Of a stretch of DNA of 64,000 nt, positions 1 to 11,506 are shown one piece after another. Position 1 is the first letter of the stretch. Each line of letters starts with the position of its first letter. The stretch comes from Rhizophagus irregularis (lineage: Eukaryota). The notes under the pieces are model-generated. The model made no database searches. It was not told where the DNA came from and worked only from the letters and a program-made list of their open reading frames with translations. The stretch covers positions 3,348,001-3,412,000 of the forward strand of contig NC_089430.1 in NCBI RefSeq assembly GCF_026210795.1, read 5' to 3'. The translations under genes were made by a program, and so were the position numbers.

Positions 1-1830
1 TAAAAAAAAAGTATTAATAAAAAAAATTAAAAAAAAATTTCAAAAAAAAGTTTTGAAGAAAAACTTCAAAACTTATATAAGAAGCTGACCCAAATTTCGA
101 AAACAATTCCTACAAATAAACAAAAGAAGAAATGATTAGTTTTTTTAAAATAAAACAAAAAAAATTTAAAAAAAAAGTTTTAAAAGTAAACTAAACTTTC
201 AAAATTTACTGATCATATTCACAAAAAAGCAGTGCCTACAAAAAAAGAAAAAAAAAGATTAAAATAATTTTAAAAGTTTTAAAAGTAAACTTTACTTTCA
301 AAACTTACAAATCATATCATTTAAAATCTGGAAAGTTCAATCTACAATACCTGCAAAAAAAAATCAAAAAAATCAAAAAAAAAATAAATAAATACCATAT
401 ATCCAAGATGTTGATCTACAGCAAGGTACCATTTTACAAAAAAGAAATCATTAAAGTCAGCTATTTAATATCAAAAAATTTAACCAAAGAAGTTCAAGAA
501 GCCATTATGTAAAGATATTCTTAGTTTATTAGTTTCATCTAATGAGTTATATATTAAAGAAGTATCAAAAAATTATACAACTATATTCAAGATTATTTAA
601 TCGAACCAGAAAGAACTGAAGTTCAATATCAAAAGAACAAAAAAAATATCTACAAAAAAAAAATTATCAAATAAATTTCAAATAGAAACTTACCATATCA
701 ATATTTGCATATCTGAATTCATGCTAAAGTAACTGATCTTACAAAAAAATAATATAAAATTTAAAAAAAATAAATTAGGAAAAAAAAGTTATATTTCAAA
801 TTTCAAATCAAAATTTACCATATATTTAAATTCCAAAGCTGAAAAAATTGATACCTACAAAAAAAACAAAAAAAATTAAAAAAAAATAAATTAAAAAACA
901 TAAATTTTGAATCAAAGTTAAAAAACTGGACCTCTACAAAAAAATATTAAAAAAAACATTAAATCGTTTCTTATATTTAAAATAAAAAAAAATTTTTCTT
1001 TTCCCATTTCTCACTACCTTAAAGTCCAGTTTTGTAATATTCAAGCTGACATCTTCCTAATTAGTGATTGGAATCGATTATCATTATTAGAATCGATTTT
1101 AGAATCGATTAATCATCAATTAATCGTTAATCGAAATTATACTACTGTCAGTCACGTGACTATCAAAATTATTAAGATCGACATAAAAAATTTCCTTTTT
1201 GGGAATTTTGTACAACATAACTTGAATTTTATTGGATAACAAAATTTCCTTTTTTTGGATTTTTGTTAATGTCACGTGACATCGACCTAACTTCTTATTA
1301 ACGAACTACCTCAAAATATCACGAAACAGCCGGCATTAAGAAATTAAGAAATTAACTATGTGACAAATAATGTGTGACAAATAGGCCAATACTTGTAGGG
1401 TACACAGGGAAAATCTTATTAACGCTACTGCGTCACAATAAGTAAATTCGATTTTTATTCAATAATCGATTTAAAATTGATTCTTATCGATTTTTGATAA
1501 ATTCGATTATTGTAAAATCGATTCCAATCTCTATTCCTAATATATGTCTATCCTACAAAAAAAATAATAATAAAAAATGTTAAGTTGTTTCTTAAATTAA
1601 AAAAAAAAATCAAAAAAAAATAAATCAAAAAAAATATGTAAGTTTTAAAATAAAACTTATATTACTTTCAAAAAAAAGAGGTGAAAGAAAAGTGTGAGAA
1701 AAAAGATGGATGTAAGAAAAAGAAAATAATGAAAGGGGAAGGAAAAAACAATAGGAAAAAGAAAGAAAGTAAAGAAGTATAGGAGAAAGAAAGAAGGAAA
1801 AGGGAAAAGTTTAAAAAAGATAATCTTTTT
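1..1830 (-). repeat. Tandem array of non-coding micro-exon/intron-like cassettes (probable transposon leader), running off the left edge of the window
   Basis: Recurring units on the plus strand: (A)CTTAC/TTTAC (minus-strand GTAAG donor), 25-60 nt of mixed sequence, CTAC/CTGC plus an A-run (minus-strand polypyrimidine-YAG acceptor), then TTAG/TTAA (minus-strand CTAA/TTAA branch-like). A purine-rich block at 1670-1815 would be the pyrimidine-rich first exon. Confidence 0.55.
1062..1533. mobile_element. hAT-type MITE (472 bp)
   Basis: 18-bp TIR TAGTGATTGGAATCGATT / AATCGATTCCAATCTCTA (1 mismatch). Perfect 8-bp TSD TTCCTAAT at 1054-1061 and 1534-1541. Subterminal AATCGAT repeats. Confidence 0.9.
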
Positions 1831-2203
1831 TTAAACTTTTGATATGTATAACGCATAATGACATAATATTTAATTTTAACCAACATATAATTATAAATTA
1901 TGATTGAATTATTTAATTTTACTAGTCAAATATAAGCCAAATTTTACTAAGGCTGAATATTCCTTTTTCAACTAATGAGAAAAGAGGAAATGTGAGAAAG
2001 AGAAAGAACGGAAAAAGAAAAAATAAAAAGATAAAGAAGAAAAGGAAGTTTTGTTTATCATATTGCTAAGATTATATTACGTAATGTGATAATAAATAAG
2101 GGCTAATATAAAAATTTATTTTCAAATACATTATATAAATTTATTCATTCAGTGTCATTTGATAAACATTAAATTTTCATTATTAAATGCTGCACATCAT
2201 AAT

Positions 2204-2869
2204 TTTTTTTTTTTTTTTTTTAAAAACTTTATTATAGATGCGATCATGTCTTATTATAATCACGCTTACTTACATATATAAACTTACAAATATAAGATAA
2301 ACAAATACATATAAGAATTAAGCATTATGAAACAATACTACTTTTCATAAAGAACAAGTCGACTTGTCACCTAAACGATCACATCATTGTTAAAAACCAT
2401 GATGCGACCTCAAATTCAGAGGTGACTGTCATGATCTACCTAAAAATTTGCCCAATGACCATCACAATGGAATGCCAAATCATTCCATTTGTTCCAATTA
2501 CTTTCTAACATATAATAGTCAACATCTTTGACACCTACTTCAGTGCTTTTACTATGTGACTTAGCTTTTTTATCTTTACCACTAATACCACACCTCATTT
2601 CTTCCTTTACTACATGTTATAAATAATATGCATGTATGATTCTTTCTTTATTAAAAAAGCTGTATGTACATACTATCAGATACAGAAAGATAAAATAAAC
2701 GAAAACAAATTTTCTAAATAATTCGTTAAAACTACTGAAGAAGTCTATATATTTTTCTTTCAAATAAAATTTGCCATATGTAAATATAATCAAATATGGA
2801 ATGATGTGAAACTAAAAATAAATTCAATAGACAAAACTGACTATATATTTTTCTTTCTAACTGAATAGC
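2204..2869 (-). mobile_element. 5'-truncated LINE 3' fragment with poly(A) tail
   Basis: Plus-strand poly(T) at about 2203-2221. 14-bp TSD CTGCACATCATAAT at 2190-2203 and 2870-2883. Minus-strand ORF remnant ends ...GISGKDKK...WNKWNDLAFHCDGHWANF*. Confidence 0.8.
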
Positions 2870-2999
2870 CTGCACATCATAATAAAAATCTCATTGATGA
2901 TATTTATTAACATTAAATATTACATATTTATTTAAAATAATGAATATTATAATATATATGATCTACAAAAATATATATATGATAAACATTATTTCTGTG

Positions 3000-4085
3000 A
3001 TTTTCTAATGTTATTACACCACTTGGAAGTCTGGGTAAAGTTATTTCTATTAAGATTACTCAGCAAAAGAAGTATAATACAATTAGATTAAAATTAAAGA
3101 TATTGTAAGCTTATCTTAAATAATAAAATCTAGACAGTTTCATTAGGAAATATTTTAGTGAAGTGATTTCCAGCCACCTGATCTCTCTAATATGAAAGAA
3201 AATAAAGAGAGAGATTTCAATAGTTTCTCTTTGAATATATCAGATGATTATACTGCTATATTGTTTTCTAATAATCAAATCTATCTGGCTTTATTGGCAA
3301 TAAGCAGTTTCAAAGCCTTTAAAGTTATCATTACTGAAGAATAGAAGTACAAACTTGTAACTTATCTGGAAAAATGGGAAGATCTTAACAATCTTATAGG
3401 AAAGAATTACAAAATTGATGGTAAAACTTTAGATTGATATCATTATACTTTTTCATATTTTACCAGAAAACCTAAAGATAGGTCAAATATTAAAAATAAA
3501 TTTAAAGGTTTCAACAACTTTCAGAAAAAGAATTTCAATCCAAAGAATAAAGTTACAGGTACTAATCAAATTCTTCTGAATATTTGAACATATCAAGATC
3601 GAAAGAGGTTTTAATCAAGGATAGATACTAGTAATAAACAAGACAAGAAAAAAAGAATCCTAGAATCTTCAAGAAAAAAATTATACAAGAAAGTAACAGA
3701 ATAAAAGGAGATGTTAAAGAAGCTAACAAACAGAATCTGAAACAGGTGACCTATTTTTGGTTTATATATGAGAAATTGGATTTTTATTTAATATAGATTT
3801 AGTTTTAATTTTTATTTTTTAGATAGAAATTTTTGTTTCTTTCAGAAATTTTTTTTATTCTAATTAGTTAGTATGTAAATTTAAATACGGATTTCTACTT
3901 TTGCTGCTAACTACTTTTTTTTTTTTAGATATGATGTGTTATCTTATGAAATATATTTGTCATTGTATGTCAACGAGTAAGCTATTATTTCAATTGTTTA
4001 AGTTTTTAAAGATTCGTTTCCTTTTATATTGATTTGTAATAATTTTTTTGAGTATAATAAAAAAAAATAAAAATAAAAATAAAAA
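3000..4085 (+). mobile_element. Decayed LINE ORF1-like retroelement remnant (no RT seen), ending in an A-rich tail
   Basis: Frame SLGKVISIKITQQKKYNTIRLKL is homologous to the ORF at 42787-42996 (LGKWSQVIAFKIKTQKKYVTV) and to the frame around 11510/10720. Many stops; T-rich 3'UTR; A-tail at about 4056-4085. Confidence 0.55.
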
Positions 4086-4337
4086 TATTTTAATTTAAAT
4101 AGCTAATTATCATTTTTTTTTTTACTAAAAATAATCTTATTTTTTTTTATAAAAAACAGTACAATTTTAATCATAAAAGATAACTTATTTATTTAAAATA
4201 TAATATTACAATATTTTATATATTGTTTATAATTAAAGTTTCAATTTTTATTGGCTAATATTTAATTATATAATTGTACTATATTAATTTTAAATATTTA
4301 ATATATTTTCTGTAAAATAATTATATTACTATTATTT

Positions 4338-4500
4338 GTTATTATTATTATTATTATTATTTGCTGCAATATATTTAAACTTTTATTAAAATAAATGAGT
4401 TTGTAATATATTATACAAATGAAAATAAACTATATAAACTAATTTAATAATAAGATTTAAACTACTCGTCATCCTAAAAAGAATCTCACATATACACTAT
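4338..4500 (-). mobile_element. Short LINE/SINE 3'-tail fragment with a (AAT)n tail
   Basis: AAACTACTCGTCATC...TCTCACATATACACT and GCAATATATTTAAACTTTTATTA match the 3' ends at 41860-42000 and 22855-22990. Confidence 0.55.
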
Positions 4501-4660
4501 CAGATCATTTAGGTGGAATTTAGGTTATGAGTTTGTTATTATTAAATAATATATTTTTATTAATATTTTAAATAAAATAATAGTTTAAAAATTTGATAAA
4601 ATAATTATAAAAATTATTCTTAATATATTAGATATAAAAAATAGAAAATTTCAAAGTTTA

Positions 4661-5031
4661 CACAGGGTGTTTGAACACGGGTCATATGAAATATAATGAC
4701 ACCAATGTCACACCCTTTTACTTTTTCTATGCAATATATGTATTTTTGACTGCTCTGCAAGTTTACTTAAGGCATCAAAGGGGGTTTTGAATGCCGTTGT
4801 TGACTAATATATGAAAAACTGTCTTTGCCGATCATTTCCTAAATTTTTTCAAGAGAGCGATCGGCAAAATCAATTATTCATAGGTAAAGTCAAAACTGAC
4901 ATTCAAAAGCACCTTTGATTCCTTAGATAAACTTGTAGAGCAGGTAAAAATCCATTTATCTACTAATTTTGAAGTTTATATTATTAGTCAAAATGGTAAT
5001 AATCACATGACCCAGATTCAAACACCCTGTG
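4661..5031. mobile_element. TA-flanked MITE (Tc1/mariner-like) with an internal ~90-bp inverted repeat
   Basis: TIR CACAGGGTGTTTGAA / TTCAAACACCCTGTG, extending imperfectly to about 29 bp. TA on both flanks. Internal arms at about 4743-4833 and 4859-4949. Confidence 0.8.
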
Positions 5032-5985
5032 TATAAATAGAAATTGCCTAAAAAATATGATATTATATTTAAAATAACAAAAATTATAAAAAATTTAGCT
5101 TATTTTTATCAATAATTATTTTTAATATTGATAATTATTTTGTTAACAGATATTTCACTAATAATTATTTTATTAACAGTTTATCCATTTACCTTAATTT
5201 AATTTTAACTTAATCTTAACTCTATTTTTCTATTTTATTAACTTTAATTTTAATTTTAAATTTCTTTATTAGTAAGATAATTAAAGATTTCTAATGTGAT
5301 ATCTACTTATTGCTGTTTTCTAATTACTGTGATCTAGCATTTTTTAATAAAAAAAAAAATTTTTTGAGAAAACATATGAAAATAAAAATTTTATTGCATT
5401 TTCAAATAAAGGAAATATGATTATAAGCTAAAAATTATAATTTTAAGAAAAAATTATCAATCTTTAAATAAGTTTGCTTATAAATAACTTTTAAAAACAA
5501 TTTGTTACACAAAATTTTAAAAAGTTACTTTATAGATGCCGTCGGAATTATTTTTACGGTTACGGCATGTGCCGTATCACCGTAAAAAAAAGCCGCAAAT
5601 CGTAAATGCCGTAATGCCGTAATTTAATTTGACGCCGTAATGCCATAATTTAATTTGGTGCGTAATGTCGTAAATTTACATGGCGTAAATAGATAATTAA
5701 AAAATAATTCATTTACATTTATTTTTAAGAAACTTCAAATTCTCTTTTTTTGCAGAACGATATCACTAAGTCGAAAAGGATTTTCTTTGAAATTTACTTT
5801 AAGAAATGACATTTAACTTCGTTTCTTATTCTTTTTTTTTATTTACTAAACGTAATCAACTAAATATAATGTTTATTTATATAATTAATTTTATTCACTA
5901 ATAATTATAATGTTTATTTACTAATTATCATGTTTTATAACGTTATTTAATACTAATTATAATGTAATTTCATTTACATTGTTTA

Positions 5986-8400
5986 CTAATCTGTTTCCGA
6001 TTCTTCATCAAATATTGCTTCAAAATCAATATTTCAATCCTCATAATTTATAGATTCATCAGGTTGTTGGTCCGAAATATTTGAATTCGAATTATCATCA
6101 TTTTGTTCGTTAAAACTATCTAAATTCATGATATTTTCCATAATCAAATCATTAGTATTAGCATCATCATCATTCAAATCAATACTTTCATCATCCAAAA
6201 CAATATCATCATCATCAATGAAAATATCATCATTATTAATCATAGCTGTAGTAATTTCTTGTAATGCAGTTTCAAGCTCATTTTCACTTAAATCACTACT
6301 AGAAAATTTTAACTCGATTTTGCATTTGTAATATAGTAGGAGTGCATTTGAGCCATGGATTGGAGGCGATCAATATCTAACCTAAAAAAAAAAATTATTA
6401 ATAAATTAATATTATATTATTACTGTTATTAAAATTAAACAAATACCTTGTTCTCCGCTTTCCTATCATCCAATTTAATACTGAAAAGGCTCGTTCACAT
6501 GCAGCTTGATGAGGAGTAATAGCAAATAACTTTAAAGCTAATTTTTGAATATAATTATTTGGCTGTCGACAAGTTGACCACCAAAGTTCAGGCGTATCAT
6601 ATTCATCAATATATTCCATATCATAAGGTGGTTCATTATCACCATATGATCGAAGTTGCGATAGCAAAATTTTGCAACTTCTTTTATCACTACCAAATTT
6701 TGACCAAATTTTCATAGCAGTTAATGCCATTTGACGAAATGTACTGTCTTGAAATTTCTTGTCTAATATGAAAAGTAGGAACAATAAATACATTATATTT
6801 AACAAATAAGTTAGAAAAATAATCAACTTTACCTCTATATCTTGGATGGAGGAAAAAGGCAACAAGATATGTATCAGTATCAAACTGTGCCCAACGTTTA
6901 TTAAATATGTTAATACAATTCTTTTTGAAATTTGGATCAAAATAATTTGAAATCTTTTTAATTTCAACTGCCATCTGAATTAATTGCAAAAAAATTGATG
7001 CCATATTACTCGAATTAGCTTCAACAGCTTGAATTGCTTTTTTAGCAGGTGCAAGAATTGTATGAAGTTGTTCAACATCTTGAAAAAACTGGCGATTTTG
7101 AAGAAGATTTTTTATTGCTATTGCATTAATAAAAATTTCAGTTTGAGTTTCAAGAACCTAAATTATAATCCAAAAATAAATATTATTAATTTTAGTTTAT
7201 TATTAAATATGTTATTATTTGTTAACTTACATTTTTGAGATTATTTTCCAAACGGATAATTGAGTCACAACAAGTCCATGCAGTAGACCACCTTGTTTTT
7301 ACTGATGTCTTAAGGCCACCTCCTTCTGTTAAAGTTTGAATAATATCTTTTTGGAAATTTGCACCTGCACGATATGATGTTTTAAAAAAAGTTATAATAG
7401 ATTGGCATTTTTTTAATGTGTTTTTTGCAAAATCCAATTTAATAATATCACTTGAAACTAAATTCAAATGGTGTGCCATGCATCATATAGATAAAATATG
7501 GGTGTACTTTTCAGTAATTAGTCTTCTCGCCATTTGCATTGCTGATTCAAAGATCGATACTACAGCTGCAAATTTTTCTGTCCAATTGTGTCAAAACTTT
7601 TTCAATTTCAGTAGCATTAAAAGTTCCAGTATGGGAATCCATTGACGTATCTTTCAAAGTACGAATATATTGCCTTTTACTTGGGGTAATTATTATAAAT
7701 GCATAAATAGATCTTCCTAAAGGATCACACCATCCATCAACCGCTATAACAAAATTAAAAATATTAATATGTATGTAAAAATATTAATTAATTTGATATA
7801 CAGTAATTAAATAAATTACCTAATGTTAAATTTTTTTCATATTTGAGTTCTTCGATTTTATTTAAAATTATAGCAGTTTCATGATTTAAGAAAGTTGTTG
7901 ATAGGTTGCTTCTTTTATTTTATTTAGGCAAAACAGTAGACTTCTTTTAACAAAAATCAATAAAATAAAGTGGATGACTAACGGTTGATAATCGGTATTC
8001 CACAGCAAATAAAAAATCGTATGTGCTTGATCAATTTTATCTTTTCTATCCGCAGTGTTCAAATCACCGATTTAATCAGAATCTGTTTTTTGTTTTCTAT
8101 TCATAGTACATGGCCTCCAACAGCCAGCATTTCCATATATTCTGTTTTAATATATAGTAACATCTTTACAATACAATGCTAAATGCGACTTCAAAATTTC
8201 TGGTTTTCCTCTAGACCAGTTTTGATTACAGTAATGACATCTAGCTGCGTAATGCCCACTACCCAACGGTTCTTTAAAATAATGATCCCAGACATGCGAT
8301 TCTTTACGACCCCTTCTAACTTCTCTAATATTTCGATTATCAAATAAATCTGTCAATCCATTTTTACAGTCACAAAGATTATGTAAAAGCAAAAACGTAA
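5986..8400 (-). pseudogene. hAT transposase pseudogene (BED zinc finger, RNase H core, C-terminal dimerisation domain, acidic tail)
   Basis: Motifs SHVWDHY...CHYC...LKSHLALYC, DGWCDP, CMAHHLNL, KTRWSTAW, WW...LALKLFAITPHQAACERAFS. Several introns, frameshifts and stops. Confidence 0.9.
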
Positions 8401-8689
8401 TACACAATTTGTAAGATTATTTAAGTTAAAAAAAAGATTATCAAAATCGTGATTCATGTTACACATCAACTGATTAGAAGTCTATGTAACACAAAATATT
8501 TTTTATTTCGTAATAATAAAAAATTTCAAAAATTTCTAAGTTGTTTGATTTGTTTCAATTTTATTTATCAATGGTTTAGACATTTGTCAATTGCTAGTTC
8601 AATTCCAACAGGTAAGCTAGATAATGTTCCTAAAGAATGAAGGAATGAAAGTTAATAATATTTCTTAAAAGTAAATGCAAGAAACTTTC

Positions 8690-9410
8690 CTCTGCTTACC
8701 ATGTAGATTCGTCGATGGTTGAACCATTCCCTACCTACAAAGTTCTTCATGTATCTTATTTAGTTCTTTGTATTTTGTACAAATTAACGTCTTAATAAAA
8801 ATAAAAATAAAAACATTTTATATACATTCTATTGTTGGATTACTTTTTATTAGACGTGTTTTTTGCATACATTATTATATAAAAATAAGCACATTTTTAT
8901 ATACGTACTTTTGTTGGGTTACTTTTTATTAGACATGTTTTTTTTTGCATACATTATTATATAAATGTTAAGAAAAATCCTCTCCACTTAACCAATGAAG
9001 TCGTCGAAAGTCCACAAAAATTGTTCTGAAAAAAAGAAATAAATTTAGTTGTTGTTTTTGACAGTAAATATCAAAAACAACCTCTTTCCACTTACCAGAA
9101 AATCCAAGAAATCCTGCAAGAACTGCTTCTTAAAAAAGAAAAAAGAAAGCGAAGTTAATCAAGTCGTTTCCTAAAGTAAATATCAAAAAAAAAAAAATCC
9201 TTTACTACTTACTAGGAGGTACAAGAAGTCCACAAGAACTGTTCCTAAATACAAAGAAAAAGAAATGAAGTTAGTTAATATCATTTGCTAAAAGTAAATA
9301 AAAAAAAAACTTTACCTACAGGAAGTCTGGGAAATATAAGAAAATACTTCTAAAAATAAAAAAAAAGAAGTTAATGATATTTCAGAAAGAACTGTCCCTA
9401 AAAAAAAAAG
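8690..9410 (-). repeat. Array of tandemly duplicated non-coding micro-exon cassettes (putative spliced 5' leader of the hAT transposase)
   Basis: Donors (plus-strand ACTTAC/GCTTAC/CTTTAC) at 8694, 9090, 9207 and 9310. Acceptors (CTG/CTT/CTA plus A-run) at 9026, 9129, 9245 and 9350. Branch-like GTTAG/GTTAA in each unit. The 32-34 nt exons share GAARTCC...AAGAACTG. Confidence 0.6.
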
Positions 9411-10726
9411 GTGCGCTGTAAACATTTTTTTTAAAAAAAAATATTTACGGCATATATATTTGCGGCATTACGGCGCTAGATTAAAATACGGCATTACAGC
9501 GTCAAATTAAATTACGGAATTACGGCATTTACGATTTACGGCATTTTATTACGGTTACGGCATGATTTACGACATATGTCGTAACTCCGAAATGTCATAA
9601 TTAGGGAATTCCGACAACATCTATAAGTTACTTATAAGTAAACTTATTTAAAATTGAAAATTTTTTCTTAAAATTATAATTTTAGCTTATAATCATACCT
9701 CCTTTATTTGAAAATGCAATAAAATTTTTATTTTCACATGTTTTCTCAAAAAATTTTTTTTTTATTAAATAATGCTAGATCACAGTAATTAGAAAACAGC
9801 AATAATTAATTAGTACAAAACTTATATTCAATAAATTTTTTTTAAAAAAAATTTATAGTATGGCTGAACCAGGTTTTATTAAAAATTTAAAATCATACAT
9901 AATTACAAATATGAGAAAACCCTTCACTTCCACTATGCAATAGGAATTTCCTGGCATATTTGTATTAAATAATACTTCGCACCAATAAGAAATAAAATGA
10001 AAATAAAAAAAATAAAAATAAAAATAAAGGGAAACAGTCAGTAATGAAACCACTCTACAAATTATTACACTCCTAAAATTAGGCTTTACTGATCATTTTG
10101 TATGGAATTTCTCAAGATACTTCTAATTTTTTTAGCATCGATCTAATATCAGCTAAAATCGTAAGTTTATTAATACCGTTTAAATTCTTGTCAATTTTTT
10201 TGGCTTGCTTGGTTACCTTAGTTTTTTTACTTAACTATGTTGTATTAGTAAAATTCTGAAAGACCTTAGAATTATTATCTTACTTCATCTTCTGATGGCA
10301 GTTTTTTTTTTGCTTTAAGTTAAAAGTAAAGTATCCTTTCCAATTCTTTTAAGCTGAAAGCTTTATTAAGAACTTTATCCAAGTCAGCCTATGATTCATA
10401 GTAAGTAATCAACTTACAGAATACAGACACTCCTATCTTGAATGCTTTACATCCAATAGGTATAAATATAAAATAAGCAGAATTAACCAGATATAAAGTT
10501 GTAATAATGGTATAGAAGCAAAAACTTCTATTAATACTGCCTGAAATCGTTTCCATTCTTTCCTTTGTTTGAGATTCCAATTAGTTAGAAACTATTGTAT
10601 GGTAAACTTTCAAGTGGAGCAATCCAAGTTCCACCATTCTATAGATCTATAGCCATCTCGTTGAAATCAACTAACACTGTAACAGTAGTGTATTTCTATT
10701 GCGATTTAAATTTAATTGCAATTACT

Positions 10727-11506
10727 AGGATCCTAAATATCTAATATAAAGGTCATAATAAACTTTTAGCCAAAAACACCTCTTTTTATTGAAACTTAAA
10801 AATTCATTTTTGTAAATATCTCAGCATCCAGTGATTCAATTTTAATGAATTTTTTTTATTTCATAGCCCTTATTTAGCTCTACAATTTAAAAAAAATTCA
10901 TCAAAATTGGACTACTGGATGCCAAGATATTTACAAAAAACAATTTTTTGAACCCTTGAAAAATGGGCCAATTTGCCAAAAGTGTGATTTATGAAAACTA
11001 CTATGCCATGTTTACTCCAAAAGTATGATTTGTGTACTTACACGCCTTTCATCTCTTTACCTCCTCCAACCTTCAATGTATCACGTAACTCTGGAACTGA
11101 TTGTTTTATTATGGATCATATTGGTATAATCACTTTATAGGTTTTATGGGTCATTTAACAGTGCTACTTAACAACTGTTTTTACAAGATGAAATGCTGAG
11201 TTTTATATTAGGTGCACTATCTGTTGTTTTATTAGCATAGTTGCATTTACTTTGATTGAAATATATCAAGGGAAATGATCTAGAAAGATTTAGTATAAAT
11301 TGATATTTTATTTTATAGAAGTCATTTATTGTATTTCTTTTTAGGAGACTATATAATTTATTTTTAGTTAGTTTTTTATTTTTAAATTTTTTTTTTCTTA
11401 TATATATTGTAAATTTTGATAAATTATTATTAATAAAAATAAGGCTACTATGCCATGTTTGCTCAAAAATGTGATTTATGATCTGTTTTGGAGATATTTG
11501 GATCCT
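10727..11506. mobile_element. AGGA-terminus non-autonomous DNA transposon (P-like family), carrying an internal insertion
   Basis: TIR AGGATCCTAAATATCT / AGATATTTGGATCCT. 8-bp TSD CAATTACT at 10719-10726 and 11507-11514. Homologous to 48179-48211 plus 50469-50706. Confidence 0.88.
10994..11464. mobile_element. Unclassified insert bounded by repeated AAAAGTGTGATTTATG cores
   Basis: Core at 10978-10993, 11019-11034 and 11465-11480. CTACTATGCCATGTTT is repeated at 10998 and 11445. Confidence 0.55.

Larger units (their letters stand above)
5531..9625 (-). mobile_element. Full-length decayed hAT transposon (4.1 kb)
   Basis: 19-bp TIR TATAGATGCCGTCGGAATT / AATTCCGACAACATCTATA (2 transitions). 8-bp TSD AGTTACTT at 5523-5530 and 9626-9633. 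Subterminal GCCGTAA/TTACGGC arrays at both ends. Internal transposase remnant. Confidence 0.92.
5306..9806. mobile_element. Foldback (near-fully palindromic) MITE of about 400 bp, split by a hAT insertion
   Basis: Left arm 5306-5495 (TTATTGCTGTTTTCTAATTACTGTGATCTAGCA...) is the reverse complement of right arm 9626-9806 (...TGCTAGATCACAGTAATTAGAAAACAGCAATAA). TA flanks. Confidence 0.8.

Noticed and set aside
1668..1886. Phe/Leu-rich 72-aa ORF, and similar short ORFs at 9853, 11168, 16439, 23256, 24199, 28587, 30110 and 30668
   Set aside because: Low-complexity translations of AT-rich or purine-tract DNA with no protein motifs.
7670..7681. U5 snRNA loop I match (TTGCCTTTTAC)
   Set aside because: It lies within the hAT transposase coding region (antisense), with no flanking stem or Sm site.
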